Source of the DNA: Adineta vaga | Taxonomy: Eukaryota; Animalia; Rotifera | Reading direction: 5' to 3' | Assembly: GCA_021613535.1 (NCBI GenBank) | Contig: CP075492.1 | Span: forward strand, 4,774,001-4,838,000 | Length of the DNA stretch: 64,000 bases | In this document: one piece after another, positions 51,005 through 63,468 of the stretch | Layout of the letters: every line of letters begins with the position of its first letter | Numbering within the stretch: position 1 is the stretch's first letter | Notes under the pieces: generated by a model | What the model was told of the DNA's origin: nothing | Seen by the model: only the letters and a program-made list of their open reading frames with translations | Databases searched by the model: none | Program-made: the position numbers and the translations under genes

Positions 51005-51805
51005 TTATAATGTTTTTCGGATTCTACGTGATAAGATGGAACGTGATCGTGGATGCGCCATCTCTCCTTTACAACGCTTTGTAATATCAAACACTGATCG
51101 TGAAGGAGGTCCATTTATAAAGTTAGTTATCTGAATAGTAACATTAACAGCGGGCGAATTTATATACATCGGTCTATTTCCATCCACTGTTGCATAATAT
51201 TCATATGGTGCCGAATATTCCTATTCAAAAGATAAATTATAATAACAAACGATGAGAATGTCTTAAACCTGATTAATCTATATCGAATCTGAAAATACTA
51301 ATTATATTTGTTACCTGAAAACGATAATGATTTCCAGTCCATTTATTACATAAAGTGCCATTGTATGTAACTGTTCCATTATAGTGAGCATTTGGAAAGA
51401 TTAACATGGGTGTTCGCTCATTTTCAGGTGGAAGTATTATACACATCTCTTTACAATGAAATATTCACATTTATAATTAATTACTTGAAGAATTATGAAT
51501 ATTACCGTCTGTTATCATATAGATTATATTTATTCGGTAATTGTTAACCCATGTAATAATGTCGTCTTTCATATTAAGCCTATCCTTGAATATACTTCCA
51601 TCTGCATAGTATATTCCGGAATGTCCACCATATAAAATTGATGCCGTATACTAAAATAAATAAATTCTTTTGATAGTTTGTTCTAATAATAAATTCAATT
51701 ACATACTTGACTCGGTTGAGGTGGAACAGGAGTTGTATTACTTCCATTCGTTTTGTAAAATAACGTCAGAAGAAGTGCCAATGACAATAAAGTGTATTTA
51801 TCCAT
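51005..51805 (-). CDS. Small secreted protein, 4 exons, possibly ependymin-related
   Basis: Signal peptide MDKYTLLSLALLLTLFYKTNG (ATG 51805); exons with CNKWTG and YEYYATVDGNRP; C-terminal FINGPPSRSVFDITKRC resembles the ependymin-type P..VF..P..C end. Confidence 0.55.
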
Positions 51806-52798
51806 TCGAATGAGAATTGTTACAATTCTAAAATCTATAAAATATAAAATCAAGCAAGATGTACTTCCTACTATTCAGAATTTTCACCTAAAGTTGATAT
51901 ATAAGTATTTGAATGAGAGTTTCTACTGTTTCATGGTCTCTTTTTATACGTACATATATGTTATCAATAGTTTAAACTTTATTCATTTTGTGTTGTTGAT
52001 TTAGCCACATGTGATAAAAATGATCTATTTGAGTACTCTCGAAACTTGAGATATATGTCATTCTTTCCTGTTGTATGTTTTGTTCTAATTTTGAAAGTAG
52101 GTTTTGCGCGAACATAAAATGGTGAAAGAAAGATTGTGATATCAAAGATAAATAAATAAGTAAATAGAATGTAAAAGAATTTGCTTGGCAATCCAACCGA
52201 TTATATGCTGCGACCAAGGACCAAATCTAGAACAATCATGAGACCCTTTGTTGCTGATATGTAAATTTGGTTTAATAAATTGTTTGGGTATATTTTATCA
52301 TTTTTTCTCCTGCTCTACAAATGTTCTCATACTTCTGACCTATTTCTTTTAATCTATATGTTTTGTGAATAAGAGCAACTCTTTTACCTGATGTCACTGT
52401 TTGATGTCCATAATAATCGAAAAAAATTCAAGATGAATAGCGCATTTGACATTTGTCTGCATAGTAATGAGATGTCCGTTGACGGACGATTTCGAATAGA
52501 GAAACGAACAGAAGAAAATCTTGAGGGTGTGAGTGTGCGTGAGAGAAAAAATGATTGTTTATATTAAATTAATTCAAACCTCAACATAAATTACTTATTC
52601 TTTCTTTTCACCTTTTATATATCTTTTTCTGTATAATATCGTGTGATTCACAAGAGAAGAAAGCAAAAGAGTGTTGCATTTGTAGTTATTATTTATATAA
52701 GTCAAATAAAAATATTTCTTTTCTTTTCAGTCGATCAAATACGATTATACAAATAAAAGAGAATATTTCTTCTCCGTTTATATCATCTTCTCACAAAT

Positions 52799-53851
52799 AT
52801 GACATTACAGGAAGAAAAAGATCGAGATTTTTCGGACACATCGGTGCATGTGGTAACTCATCCTCATGTTGATACACAAGACGACCAACCTAGAACAGAA
52901 AGCAGTACAAATGAAACTTGGTTTGCACGTGTTATTCGTTTATTTACTAATAACAGATCACATTCAGCAGAATCATCGTCGTCGATTGACAATGCTGATG
53001 ACGATAATCTTATCAATGGTAAATGTTCCAGTTGTAATTTGATGGAGAAAGATGAGAAATACGATTGGGAACTTGCTAGTCCTCGTGCGCTACAAAGAGC
53101 TCGTAGCTTTACAGAAGAATTACAACCATGGTATAAGAGCGACAAAGAATTTCAAAAAAGAGTTTATACTATTATTAAAGGATACTTAACAATAGGCTTG
53201 GAACGTTTAAAAAATGAAATAATAGCTGACAAAATCCGTAAGCTCTTCAAACAAGCAATGGAAAAATCGGATCCAGAGTATATTATAAAAGCTTACACAT
53301 CGGATGCATCATTTACTGAACTTCTAAACAGAGATATGGCACGTAATGTTCTACATGATATTAATCAAGGATGTAGTAAATTTGTTTGTGATACTTTATA
53401 TACAACAGAAGATGGTGTAAAAGCAATTGCTGGTATTTTTTATCATCATTCAAAAGTTAAAACATATTCCGGTGTCGTTTATCGAGGTATGCTTCGTGAT
53501 TGTGAACTCGAACATCTTCAAGTGAATAAATGTATTATTACTCTAACATTTTTATCAACATCAATCGATTGTAAAATAACTGATTCGTTTTCAGGATATG
53601 ATTCTGATCATAAAAAGCTTGCATGGCCAGAAGATAGTAAAAGGATATCAATACTTCTCAAATTTACTATAAAAAATCGATATGGAACACGTCGAGCCTT
53701 TGATATAAGCGATATGTCTCAAATGGATGATGAAAAGGAAATATTGTTGTTACCATACTCCGTGTTTCAAATTACAAAAAGAGAAACAATCGAACTTGAG
53801 ATTGGAAAACGTATTGAAATTGAATTGGAAGACTATGATGAAGTCAATTAA
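52799..53851 (+). CDS. Stand-alone ADP-ribosyltransferase-domain protein (R-S-E type)
   Basis: IKAYTSD..FTELLN, VYRGM, FLSTS, DDEKEILLLPYSVFQI; no TPRs. Confidence 0.8.
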   Translation: MTLQEEKDRDFSDTSVHVVTHPHVDTQDDQPRTESSTNETWFARVIRLFTNNRSHSAESSSSIDNADDDNLINGKCSSCNLMEKDEKYDWELASPRALQRARSFTEELQPWYKSDKEFQKRVYTIIKGYLTIGLERLKNEIIADKIRKLFKQAMEKSDPEYIIKAYTSDASFTELLNRDMARNVLHDINQGCSKFVCDTLYTTEDGVKAIAGIFYHHSKVKTYSGVVYRGMLRDCELEHLQVNKCIITLTFLSTSIDCKITDSFSGYDSDHKKLAWPEDSKRISILLKFTIKNRYGTRRAFDISDMSQMDDEKEILLLPYSVFQITKRETIELEIGKRIEIELEDYDEVN

Positions 53852-54111
53852 TATCGAACGTCATCAATAATGAACAAATCTTTAATTTGTTATGTCAAAA
53901 TTAAATTTTCTCTGAATTTTGAATGTAATAAACATCTCATTGCTAAAATATAAACCATCTAAAAATAAAACAATAATCGTCATTTTTTTTTCTAACTATA
54001 TTTTGATGTAAACAAATAGTAAAAGAACAAGCCAATGATGATTTATAGTAGTAGTAATAAATAAGAACGAAATACGACAAACAAACGTATTTACGCGTAC
54101 TACATAAGAGC

Positions 54112-55369
54112 ATGGATCTTGAAGCGTGTGCAGGAAACTTTACAGGATGTTTAACTAGTTTGGGACTAAAATATTGTGATGTTGACAAAGATGTTTGTCA
54201 ACAACGTGGTACATGTATCACTACAATTTTTCCAACAGATGTGTCGATTTGCATGTGTTCTGTATGTTATTATGGTGCTCGATGTGAAAAAGAATTATTT
54301 TCACAAAATCTTTGGACCACTGCTTTAGCAACATTATCCTCACCGTCGGGAATGCTCTTTGCTACGAAATTTTTCGCCACTTTCTTTGCAAGTATTCAAA
54401 TAATCAACAGTCTTCTCTGTTTGCAAACATATTTTTCGAGTAAAAAAATACGTATTACAAATGTTGGTGTTTATCTTATATTAAATGGATTGATTTCATT
54501 TATACTTGCACTTGAATTCTTCACTCAATCAATAATATTGTGGCTCATACCAAATATACCATTGGTCGAGTATTCAAAAACTACATGTTTAGTTGATCAA
54601 AAGTTTGTAAATGCAACATTAACTTATATATGGGGTTGGAGCGTATTTTTCATAGCACTCGAACGAACATTAGTTGAATGCTATCATTATAGTCTATATG
54701 ATTCACGAAAACGTTCATTAATAGTTTCGATATTAGTTTGTATCATCTGTGGTTTAACAACTATACCTGGAATATTCACTGTCAAGGATATTCCAGAAGA
54801 TCAACTTAGTGCTGTTGCTCAAGTCAATTTACTATCCAACTAGTTGCATTAACTTTACGTCACTTGGTTATATTATTTATAAAATTATTTTCTGTATTCA
54901 TGTATATGGTACACTTGCCAGTTATATAATCCTTTCTATTATTGTTCTTGTTCATATGTTAAGACATCGCAAACGTATTTCTCCGACGTCCAAAACTATA
55001 CAGAATATTCGTCGTATTCTACGTAAACATCGTGATTTTTTTCTACCGCTTATCGCGACAGCTATCTGTTCAATTCCAATGATTGTTATATATGAATCAA
55101 TGACTTGTGCAAAAGCATCAAAGGTCAATTCACTGCCGTATTTAATGCTAATATTTGGACAAATATTTTCCATTTTACCAACATCATTTTCATTTTTCGG
55201 ATATGTTTATCTACCAAATGTTTACAGAACAGCTTTCTGGGAAAAATCACTTGTTGGAAAGTCTCTTACGAAATTGAAACAATTCATCACCAATAGATAT
55301 CAAAATTTCAAAATCGTCTTTAATAAAGCCGACTCGAGTGTTACGGTCGTTTCATCGACAATTCATTAA
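54112..55369 (+). CDS. EGF-domain 7TM receptor with a frameshift near 54815
   Basis: CQQRGTC...CMCSVCYYGARCE; TNVGVYLI; FIALER. TM5-7 lie in the overlapping ORF 54809-55369. Confidence 0.72.
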
Positions 55370-56061
55370 CTTATCTTAATCTCTTTGATTTTATTTTTGT
55401 TTATTTCCAGAACACCGATGATATCTCTCTTGTGGCTCAAATATTCTCATTCGAAAAAAGACAAACGCAAAAACATGTAGGTTTTTCCCAACATGCTCGT
55501 ATTTATTTAATCACTATTATCGCATCAATCAATACCTATCTTGACATTTCGATAGTCAAAATACGCGCAATCTTCGTTCTTTATTATTGTCTATCAAGAC
55601 CAAGGTTATTTTTACTCTAATAAATCGTAGTAAACACACTCTACTTCCTTTTCTATTGTATGAAATGCGTAAATACATTTTTTTCAACGATAAATTTGAT
55701 GAGAAATGAAAGTATCGAAAAATAGAATATATTAATATGAAATATGTGAAATATTTAGGAACAATGAATGATCTTAACGAACGACTTACGGATCTTATTA
55801 GTCATTTTCAAGAGATTGATTTTCTTATAACGATATAGTTCTAGACACATATGTATAATTGGTATGCAAACTTTCATCTTTAAGAAGATATGACTAGAAT
55901 ATAAAGTAATTATATTTCTCATCAAATAACAGGAATTTATTGATGGTGTGAATTTCTTTTCTTTTATCACTCATACATGCACTCACATTCTCAAAGGAAA
56001 ACTAAAAACACACGATCACAATGTATATAGTTAGTTCAATTGTTAATGTTTTTCTGATTTA

Positions 56062-57083
56062 TCATTCATTGTCTGCTTTTGTTTTGTTTACATGTTGCTC
56101 TTCGATTGATGCGAGCACCATTGTCGTTACTGGTGCTGGCACATGTGTGCCGAAATCTTGACGTGTTTGAATGGAATGTGAACGCTCTTGATGTATATCA
56201 CCAAAGACATCATAGTGTGATTGACTTAGTATTTGTTGAAGATCTTGTGGACTTGGATAAAATATTGAGGTAGATGCATTGTCTACTTTCTCTTGCATTC
56301 CAGCACCACTGAGTCCTTTCAACTGCATAATAATACGACAAAGATTTTCAGCTTGTTCTTTCTTCTGCTCAAAATTAGTTGAATTATATTCCATATTGTG
56401 AAGTAAATAGAATTTCATTTCTGTATTCGGTTGAAAATGATTCTTGTAGAATTGTGTACGATCTGATTCAGGTACGATACGTGCACCAGACACCGTGTGT
56501 AGATTACTGTACTTGGAATATTGTAAATGTATTGTAATCATCCGTTGTACATGTTTGTCTTCAATAAGTTCTGTCTCACGACCTGATCCGGGCGCTTCTT
56601 TGCAACAACAACAACATCCTTTTTGATCAACCACAGGGACACGCTTTGAATGTTCTCTTGTTTTGATACTTCTCTTTACATCAGATGTATAGTAGATATT
56701 AATAACATCTTCTACTGGAATCATAATGACAGTTTCCTCTGAAGACAATTGTTCTTCTCGAGCTGTAGTTACAGCATCCAGGTGTCTGTCGTAACGCTTC
56801 TTGTTGGACAATTGCATTGAAGTGTAATCAAAAGCAATTTTCTCCGATGATTGTTTATAAGTATGAATTGAAAGTATTGGACAAGCGTAGGTAGTTTTCG
56901 ATGTTGGAGCACCTAGAAAAGTCAAAGTACAACAGAACAGATCAGCATTAAGATTATTATAAATTCACCTGGATAAATGAACACGTATCCAAAGGGTGTT
57001 TCCATTGCAGCTTCATTTTGTCTTTGTATAACTGTCAATGATGCATCAGCAATCTTCGTCTTCTTACAGCAGCCACTTCCCAT
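56062..57083 (-). CDS. Hypothetical protein with N-terminal MGSGCC lipidation motif and a poly-Cys tract, 2 exons
   Basis: ATG 57083; intron 56913-56968 joins in frame to ORF 56062-56925; GCCCCCKE tract. Confidence 0.6.
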
Positions 57084-57721
57084 ATTCGTTTCTTTTGTGC
57101 TATCTAAAATGAGACACGTCAATTTCTGATTTTTTCCAGAGAAAAAATGATCAAAATGTAACACATCGAGTAATGTCTTTGAAAATATTGCTATGAGGTA
57201 TATTTCAAACAGCCGAAAGTATCTGACTGATTTAAATTCATACCAGAATGTAATGATATTTGGAAATAATCACTGAGAGCGAGTGTCTTTGTACTTCTGC
57301 AGCACTACTCATCAATATTAAAAAACTCGACTGTTTTTGAAGTCGTACGTCTCTCTTTTTCTCCGACTAACAATGGCATATTGTTCATTAATGTTCTCAT
57401 TCTTTATATATAGATATTTAAATACGTAGAAGAATCTTAGACCAGCTATTAAAATTTGAAATAATATACTTAAAAAGAAAATGACGAACATTTTTTTCTT
57501 AAAAAATAAGAATACTGAGAAAATAAAGTCTCTTTCCGTCTACATCTACAGCAGACTATTATGACAGTTCCGGGAAGCGTCTAGAAGAAAAGAAAAATAG
57601 TAGTCTATTTTTTTCTTCAGACTATTTTTTGTTTGGGAAAAAATGAATATTATTGAAGCGATACTTTTGTATGTAAATTTATATGCATATTAGTAGATAA
57701 AAGACAAAAAAAACTAAAATT

Positions 57722-60712
57722 TTATTTCGTTTGTTTTAAAATACCGATCTTATCATAAATATCTCCAATAATTAAATATGTACGTGCTACAGGTGGATAA
57801 TCTGATTGATAAACTTCAATTTGTTTATAAAGTAATTTTTCAAAATATTGCAATGCTTGAGAATAATCTCGTTTTTCCAAAGAAATATAAGCAAGGATCG
57901 TATAAATATCTTCTGTTGATCGATTTTTATTTGAATTTTTGAGTAAATTTTGAAAATAGATTACATCTTGATTAAGATGTCGTTTATTAAATCGAGAATC
58001 ATTTTCAAGTGCTTGAATCTTATTCTCCGGTTTTTCTTCTAATACATTTGATTTCTTAGGTTTTATTTGAAAACTATTTGAATATGTTTCAAAATAATCT
58101 TTCTTCAAATAAATATTTCCAATCATAATATAAGTAATTTTAATTGGTGGAGATTCAATTGATTGTGTTTTCAATTGACAATCAAGTAATCGATGAAGAT
58201 AAACTAATGATTTTTCAAATTGATTTTCTTGTGAATGAATTGTAGCAATTGCTTTATATGTATTTTCTAATGATGGATCATCGGTTGATTTTCTTTCTAA
58301 TTCACTATTCAATAATTGCATAAAATAATGTAATGATTTAGAAAGATTCTGTTTTTCAAAACTAATATTTGCTAAGATATAAAACGTATTGGATAGTAGA
58401 GGATGTGTTTTAGGATAAGTTTCAAGTTGTTTTTGAAGTAAATCTTGAAAATAATTTAATGATTGATCTAAATGACGTTTTTCAAAATGAATATTTTCTG
58501 TTATTTGAAATTTCTCGTTCGATTTAGTCTTTTCAATTGTTTGATAATATAATATTGTTTTATCAAATTGAGATTTTTCTAAATAAAGTTCACCGATTAA
58601 TTTATAAACTTGATCAATAACAATTTGATTAAATGGTTTTTTATTTAAATGACAAGCAATTAAACGATTATAATAAACTAACGATTGATTAATAACTTCT
58701 TTTTTATGATAAATCTTGCCGATAATTTCATAAAGATCAATTAAAGATTCATCTTCATGTAATTTCGTTTCTAATTCATTATCAAGAGATTTCATATAGA
58801 AATTTAATGCTTGATTTAAATCTTTTTCATTTGATTGAACATTATATTTATCGAAATAGAATTCGCCGAGAATTTTATAAGTCGAACTTAATGATGAATG
58901 ACCCGGTTTACTTCTTTCTAATTCTCCATCAAGTAATTTATGGAAATAAATGGATGCTTGATTAAAATCTTGTTTTTTCCAATAAACACGTCCAATAATT
59001 GTATAAGTATCCAGAACTGATGAATGATGAGATGATAATGTTTTCAATTGATTGTCAAGTAATTTTTTATAGAAACTAAGTGCTTTATCGAAATCACCGA
59101 CTTTCATATATATATCACCGAAATTCTTATACGATTGTGCGAAATCAGGATGATTACTTGGTAAAGTTTCGCTTTGTAATTTATGTGCTTTTTCAATATA
59201 TTCCAAAGCTTTTTGTTGATCACCTATTTGAGAGTACATTAAACCAATTTCAGCGTATGTATAACCAAGATCTGGATGATTTGGTGAAAGTTCTTTGATT
59301 TGTGTTTCTAAAGCTTTATCAAACATTTTCGATGCTTCTTGTTTTTTATTCATTGAAACATAAACTTTTCCTAAATCGATATACGTTTTCGTAATTGATA
59401 CAATATCTGTTTTCGATAGATTTTGAAGTGATTTTTCTAAATATTCTAATGCGACTTGATAATTTTTCATTTGAAAATGAATTTGAGATAAACCAGAATA
59501 AGTTAAAGATCGATTATTATCGTTTAGTTGTAATGCTTTATCAAAACATTCAAATGCATTTGAATACTTTTCTTGTGTACAATAAACTAATCCTAAATCA
59601 TTATAACATTGTGAAAGAAGTTTATGAACATCTGCTGATGAACTTTTCAATAAATAATTTAATGCTTGATTGATATTGTCTACCGATAAATTGAATTTCG
59701 CTTGTTTTTCATTCGCTTTCGCAAGACCATGATAACAATAAGCAAGTTCAATATCAGTTTTTGCTAAATTTTGTTTTAGAATTTTTTCGAAATGTTTTTG
59801 TGCTTCATCGTATTTAAGCATGTCAATGAAATGATAACCAATAGCGATGGATTGATTTTGTCCTTTCGATTGATTATTCAATGAAGCTGTAAATTTCTTC
59901 ATATCTGGATCATCTTCGGAACATAATGTAAAATTTGCCATCCAAAGTTTTTTTTGTTCATCATAATAAAGATTATCTATGCGAAAAACACAGGCGAGCA
60001 TAAAAAGAATTTCTTCTTCTTCGGAAAAAGCACTTAAATGTCTAATGTCAGCATATGGTTTAGATTTCGCTTTTAAATTAACCTTTATTTCTAATAGAAT
60101 CGATGTTAATGTATCATTAGGTGGTGGTCGACTGGTTGCAAATTCAAGAGCTTTTTTTCGATTTGTACTTGTAGATAAAAATGAATTCATTGAAATTAAT
60201 TGTCCTATACCAGATTTCAAACGATTAACTTCATCTTTACTTATAAATTGTCCACGATAAACTTTAATCGATGATGTTTTTTGTTGTTTAACAAATAATT
60301 TATGTTGTTCGGATAATTGTTTATTTAAATCTCTTACAAATGAATCAAATGGATTAACATCATCAATATTTTGTGTTCGTAAAGCTTTATTTAAAATCTT
60401 GTAAACACAACTTTCTCTTGTATACCAATGAATGGCTTTTTTCGGATCATATTTTGTATCGAATTCACTCATTACTTTCTTATCATCGACATCATCTGGT
60501 TCAAAATAACTTGTAAGTGTTAATTCATCCGATGATGGCGGATTTTGTTCATTCAATATTTGTTGAAGTAAGGCTTGATAAAGAATGAATTCACCATTTA
60601 ATGATTTATGCATACTTTGATCATCTTTTGCTGAATAAACATTGGAGCCCATATTATCAACACGATCACTTTGCTTCTCGGAAGTATGTTTTCGTCGCAC
60701 AGTTCGAGTCAT
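57722..60712 (-). CDS. ADP-ribosyltransferase (R-S-E type) + long TPR array, intronless
   Basis: AIHWYTRE, VYRGQ, FLSTS, EEEEILF, followed by many TPRs (HPDLGYTYAEIG, HPDFAQSYKNFG). Confidence 0.9.
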   Translation of the reverse strand: MTRTVRRKHTSEKQSDRVDNMGSNVYSAKDDQSMHKSLNGEFILYQALLQQILNEQNPPSSDELTLTSYFEPDDVDDKKVMSEFDTKYDPKKAIHWYTRESCVYKILNKALRTQNIDDVNPFDSFVRDLNKQLSEQHKLFVKQQKTSSIKVYRGQFISKDEVNRLKSGIGQLISMNSFLSTSTNRKKALEFATSRPPPNDTLTSILLEIKVNLKAKSKPYADIRHLSAFSEEEEILFMLACVFRIDNLYYDEQKKLWMANFTLCSEDDPDMKKFTASLNNQSKGQNQSIAIGYHFIDMLKYDEAQKHFEKILKQNLAKTDIELAYCYHGLAKANEKQAKFNLSVDNINQALNYLLKSSSADVHKLLSQCYNDLGLVYCTQEKYSNAFECFDKALQLNDNNRSLTYSGLSQIHFQMKNYQVALEYLEKSLQNLSKTDIVSITKTYIDLGKVYVSMNKKQEASKMFDKALETQIKELSPNHPDLGYTYAEIGLMYSQIGDQQKALEYIEKAHKLQSETLPSNHPDFAQSYKNFGDIYMKVGDFDKALSFYKKLLDNQLKTLSSHHSSVLDTYTIIGRVYWKKQDFNQASIYFHKLLDGELERSKPGHSSLSSTYKILGEFYFDKYNVQSNEKDLNQALNFYMKSLDNELETKLHEDESLIDLYEIIGKIYHKKEVINQSLVYYNRLIACHLNKKPFNQIVIDQVYKLIGELYLEKSQFDKTILYYQTIEKTKSNEKFQITENIHFEKRHLDQSLNYFQDLLQKQLETYPKTHPLLSNTFYILANISFEKQNLSKSLHYFMQLLNSELERKSTDDPSLENTYKAIATIHSQENQFEKSLVYLHRLLDCQLKTQSIESPPIKITYIMIGNIYLKKDYFETYSNSFQIKPKKSNVLEEKPENKIQALENDSRFNKRHLNQDVIYFQNLLKNSNKNRSTEDIYTILAYISLEKRDYSQALQYFEKLLYKQIEVYQSDYPPVARTYLIIGDIYDKIGILKQTK

Positions 60713-62499
60713 TATTCCGGTGGTTTGTTACTAAATCATATATTCAATTAGGAAATGAATTTCAAAAAATAAAATAGAAAGAATAGATTTTTAAACATTC
60801 AGATGTACTACATAATTTTCGTCGCGATTTTTATGAATATTTCGCTACAGATAGTACCTATACAAAGTTATCCGTCGTATTAGAATCATCTTTGACTTAC
60901 GTAGAGCTTCACAAAATCAGTTCGCAAAGTAAAATCACTTGAATCGTTTATTTTCAAAATATTTCAAAGTGTCGTGTCGAAAATTTAGCGAAAAAGTGAC
61001 CACGAATAATTAAGCTTTCAATTTGATTGATGATTGCACTTATTTCTCACGTTCTCAAAAGGTAATTACAAAATAAATACCTGGTTTTGCATGTACTTGT
61101 TCTTTTATCAAATTACTCATCTCCTTTCGAACGTCTTAGCGTATCAAATCTTGTCAATAATTTTTGAAAGCACCAATCACCTATGCATGCCAGTGAGTTC
61201 ACTGATCACATACCTGAGCAACTTATTACTTATTTATAAATCATTAGTTTAAAACAAGTTCCTTTTTGTTTCATATTAGAAAAAAAAGAATTTCTTAGTA
61301 TTCTATCACTATGACTCAAATCATCCATTACAAACGATGTAACCTTTATTTCTCCTGATTCTATCAGCATCGCATATTATTACATGCTAATGATGAAAAA
61401 TAGAAAAATATACTACACACTATCTTACTCACTTTTAATATTCCACTAATGTGCAATATATTTTCTTCTAACGAGCCATTTGAGTAATTATCAAATAGAT
61501 TGCGAATAATTTGTCGATAAAATATTGTCAATGCACGCTTCTCTACAGAACGAACACTAATTAAGATAAATGATAAACAACAAAATAACTCTCAATAATA
61601 TTATTCAATGTCGATTCTTCGCTTATACACATGTATACAACAAAAAATAAAGAATGGAAAACGTTTTTTTTTTGTTACATTTCTACTTTCTACTTCTTAT
61701 AGTATATACTTATAGCATGAATAATCTACTTTAGACACCAACGGAAAGAAATGAGCAAAACCAAAAAATGATTCATTTCTAAAGCAAAAATTGAATATTT
61801 TCTACTAAACTTGAACAAACGAAAATATGTAGGTTAATATTAAGTCTATTAATGAGAATTATAGTTAAAGTTATATTGAAAATATTATTTAGAAACAATT
61901 GAAATGACTGTTAATAACACCTTCAATTCGAACAAAAGTAGTGTATTGATATTGAGTCTTTATGATTTAGTCTCTGCGTATATAAAATGATGGCTGGAAT
62001 ACAGAGGTGCTATAGGATGTTGCAACAGAGAATTCAACATTTACAAAAGTAATTTTCATTAATCTCGTGGTGGTTATCCTAGTTGAAGGCTCATCAAGAA
62101 TATTTCATATTAATTTATGATATCTATAGAAAATATCATAAATTTTCTACAGATAAACAAATAGAAGGTCGATTTATCGACATTTATGCCATTTACGATT
62201 CGGAAAGCTATGCGTTCAGAACGTTTGTTCGTTAAAAATGAAATCAAAACTTGTGCAGCACTCACTTTGCGTCATATGGAATTTGAATTTGTGGAGATTA
62301 ATTCAATGCTAACACAAATGACTGGTCGTGTCGGATTTGGTATTGCACCTCCGTACAAGAATGTCCAAATTCAATATGGATATATTCATTAAGAATGAGT
62401 TTCTTCGTCTTTTTGTTTTAATCAATTAGTAAAGGCGTGATAGGGAAACAACACAACTATTATACACACAACATAGAAAAGTCTAGTAGAACCATCGGA

Positions 62500-63468
62500 T
62501 TAAACACGAGAGTTTTGTAAGATAGCGCCAGTTATCATAGTACCATTTCCAAGATATGTATGTCTTGATATTTTATAATAAACAGTTTTAGCTAATTTAT
62601 AAAAATCTCGACGAAATGATTTTGACGCAATAAAATAGGTGTAGAAAGGTATTGTACTATTAGAAAATAATAAGAGGTATGCAATATTAAGTATGAAACC
62701 TTCAATTTGTGAATACAGAATACTTTTATTAGATAAACTATTTGAACTAATTATTGTTTCGAGAAGAGTAATTGGATATAATAGTGTCGTAACAATATAG
62801 GTAATTATTTCAGCAGAAACAATGAGTAATAAATCTCGATCTTTTCGTTGCAATGTATAATTTCGTGCCATTGGTCGAACACGAATTCGTACTTTCTGTA
62901 TATTTTGATAAGTTAAATAACCGAATAGAGCTGATGTGATAGTTGGAAATAGACTAACAAATAGAAGTGCGAAAATAGTTGAATAAATACCAGATGCAGC
63001 ACATCGTCCATTTGTCACGGTTCTCATGAGAGGAACATGTAGAGTAAATACTGACCAAAAAAGAAAAGAAAACAAGATGAAATATTTTGCCCGTTTAATT
63101 GTAGAAAATGCTCGAACATTAATACGAACACTTGTAATCAGAAAACGATCAATACACGCAAATAGAAATATTGTTTTCGCTGTTTGTCCAAGAATATTTA
63201 ATACATAAGCAGATACTTTACAAAAAATTATCGAATTTAGTGTTCCACTACTACAATCAAAAGGAAATATTTGAAAATAAGCATTCACCGTTAAAAATAC
63301 CGCATTGACAACAGCTGCACTTGTTATATAAAATGGACATGCAGTTTTACATTGTCGACTAAACATAATAATGATAAATATATTACCAATATTTCCCATA
63401 ATTGTAAAAATTGCATTTACATAAAGATTGAGTTGATTTTGAATAACTATTAAAGTTGATGAGGCCAT
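62500..63468 (-). CDS. Rhodopsin-like orphan GPCR, intronless
   Basis: GNIGNIFII, FCKVS, ACIDRF, PFYTYFIASKSFRRD. Confidence 0.88.
   Translation of the reverse strand: MASSTLIVIQNQLNLYVNAIFTIMGNIGNIFIIIMFSRQCKTACPFYITSAAVVNAVFLTVNAYFQIFPFDCSSGTLNSIIFCKVSAYVLNILGQTAKTIFLFACIDRFLITSVRINVRAFSTIKRAKYFILFSFLFWSVFTLHVPLMRTVTNGRCAASGIYSTIFALLFVSLFPTITSALFGYLTYQNIQKVRIRVRPMARNYTLQRKDRDLLLIVSAEIITYIVTTLLYPITLLETIISSNSLSNKSILYSQIEGFILNIAYLLLFSNSTIPFYTYFIASKSFRRDFYKLAKTVYYKISRHTYLGNGTMITGAILQNSRV

Noticed and set aside
61980-62392. Coding-looking fragment including ORF 62186-62392
   Set aside because: Possibly a gene relic, but no family or consistent exon structure could be established.
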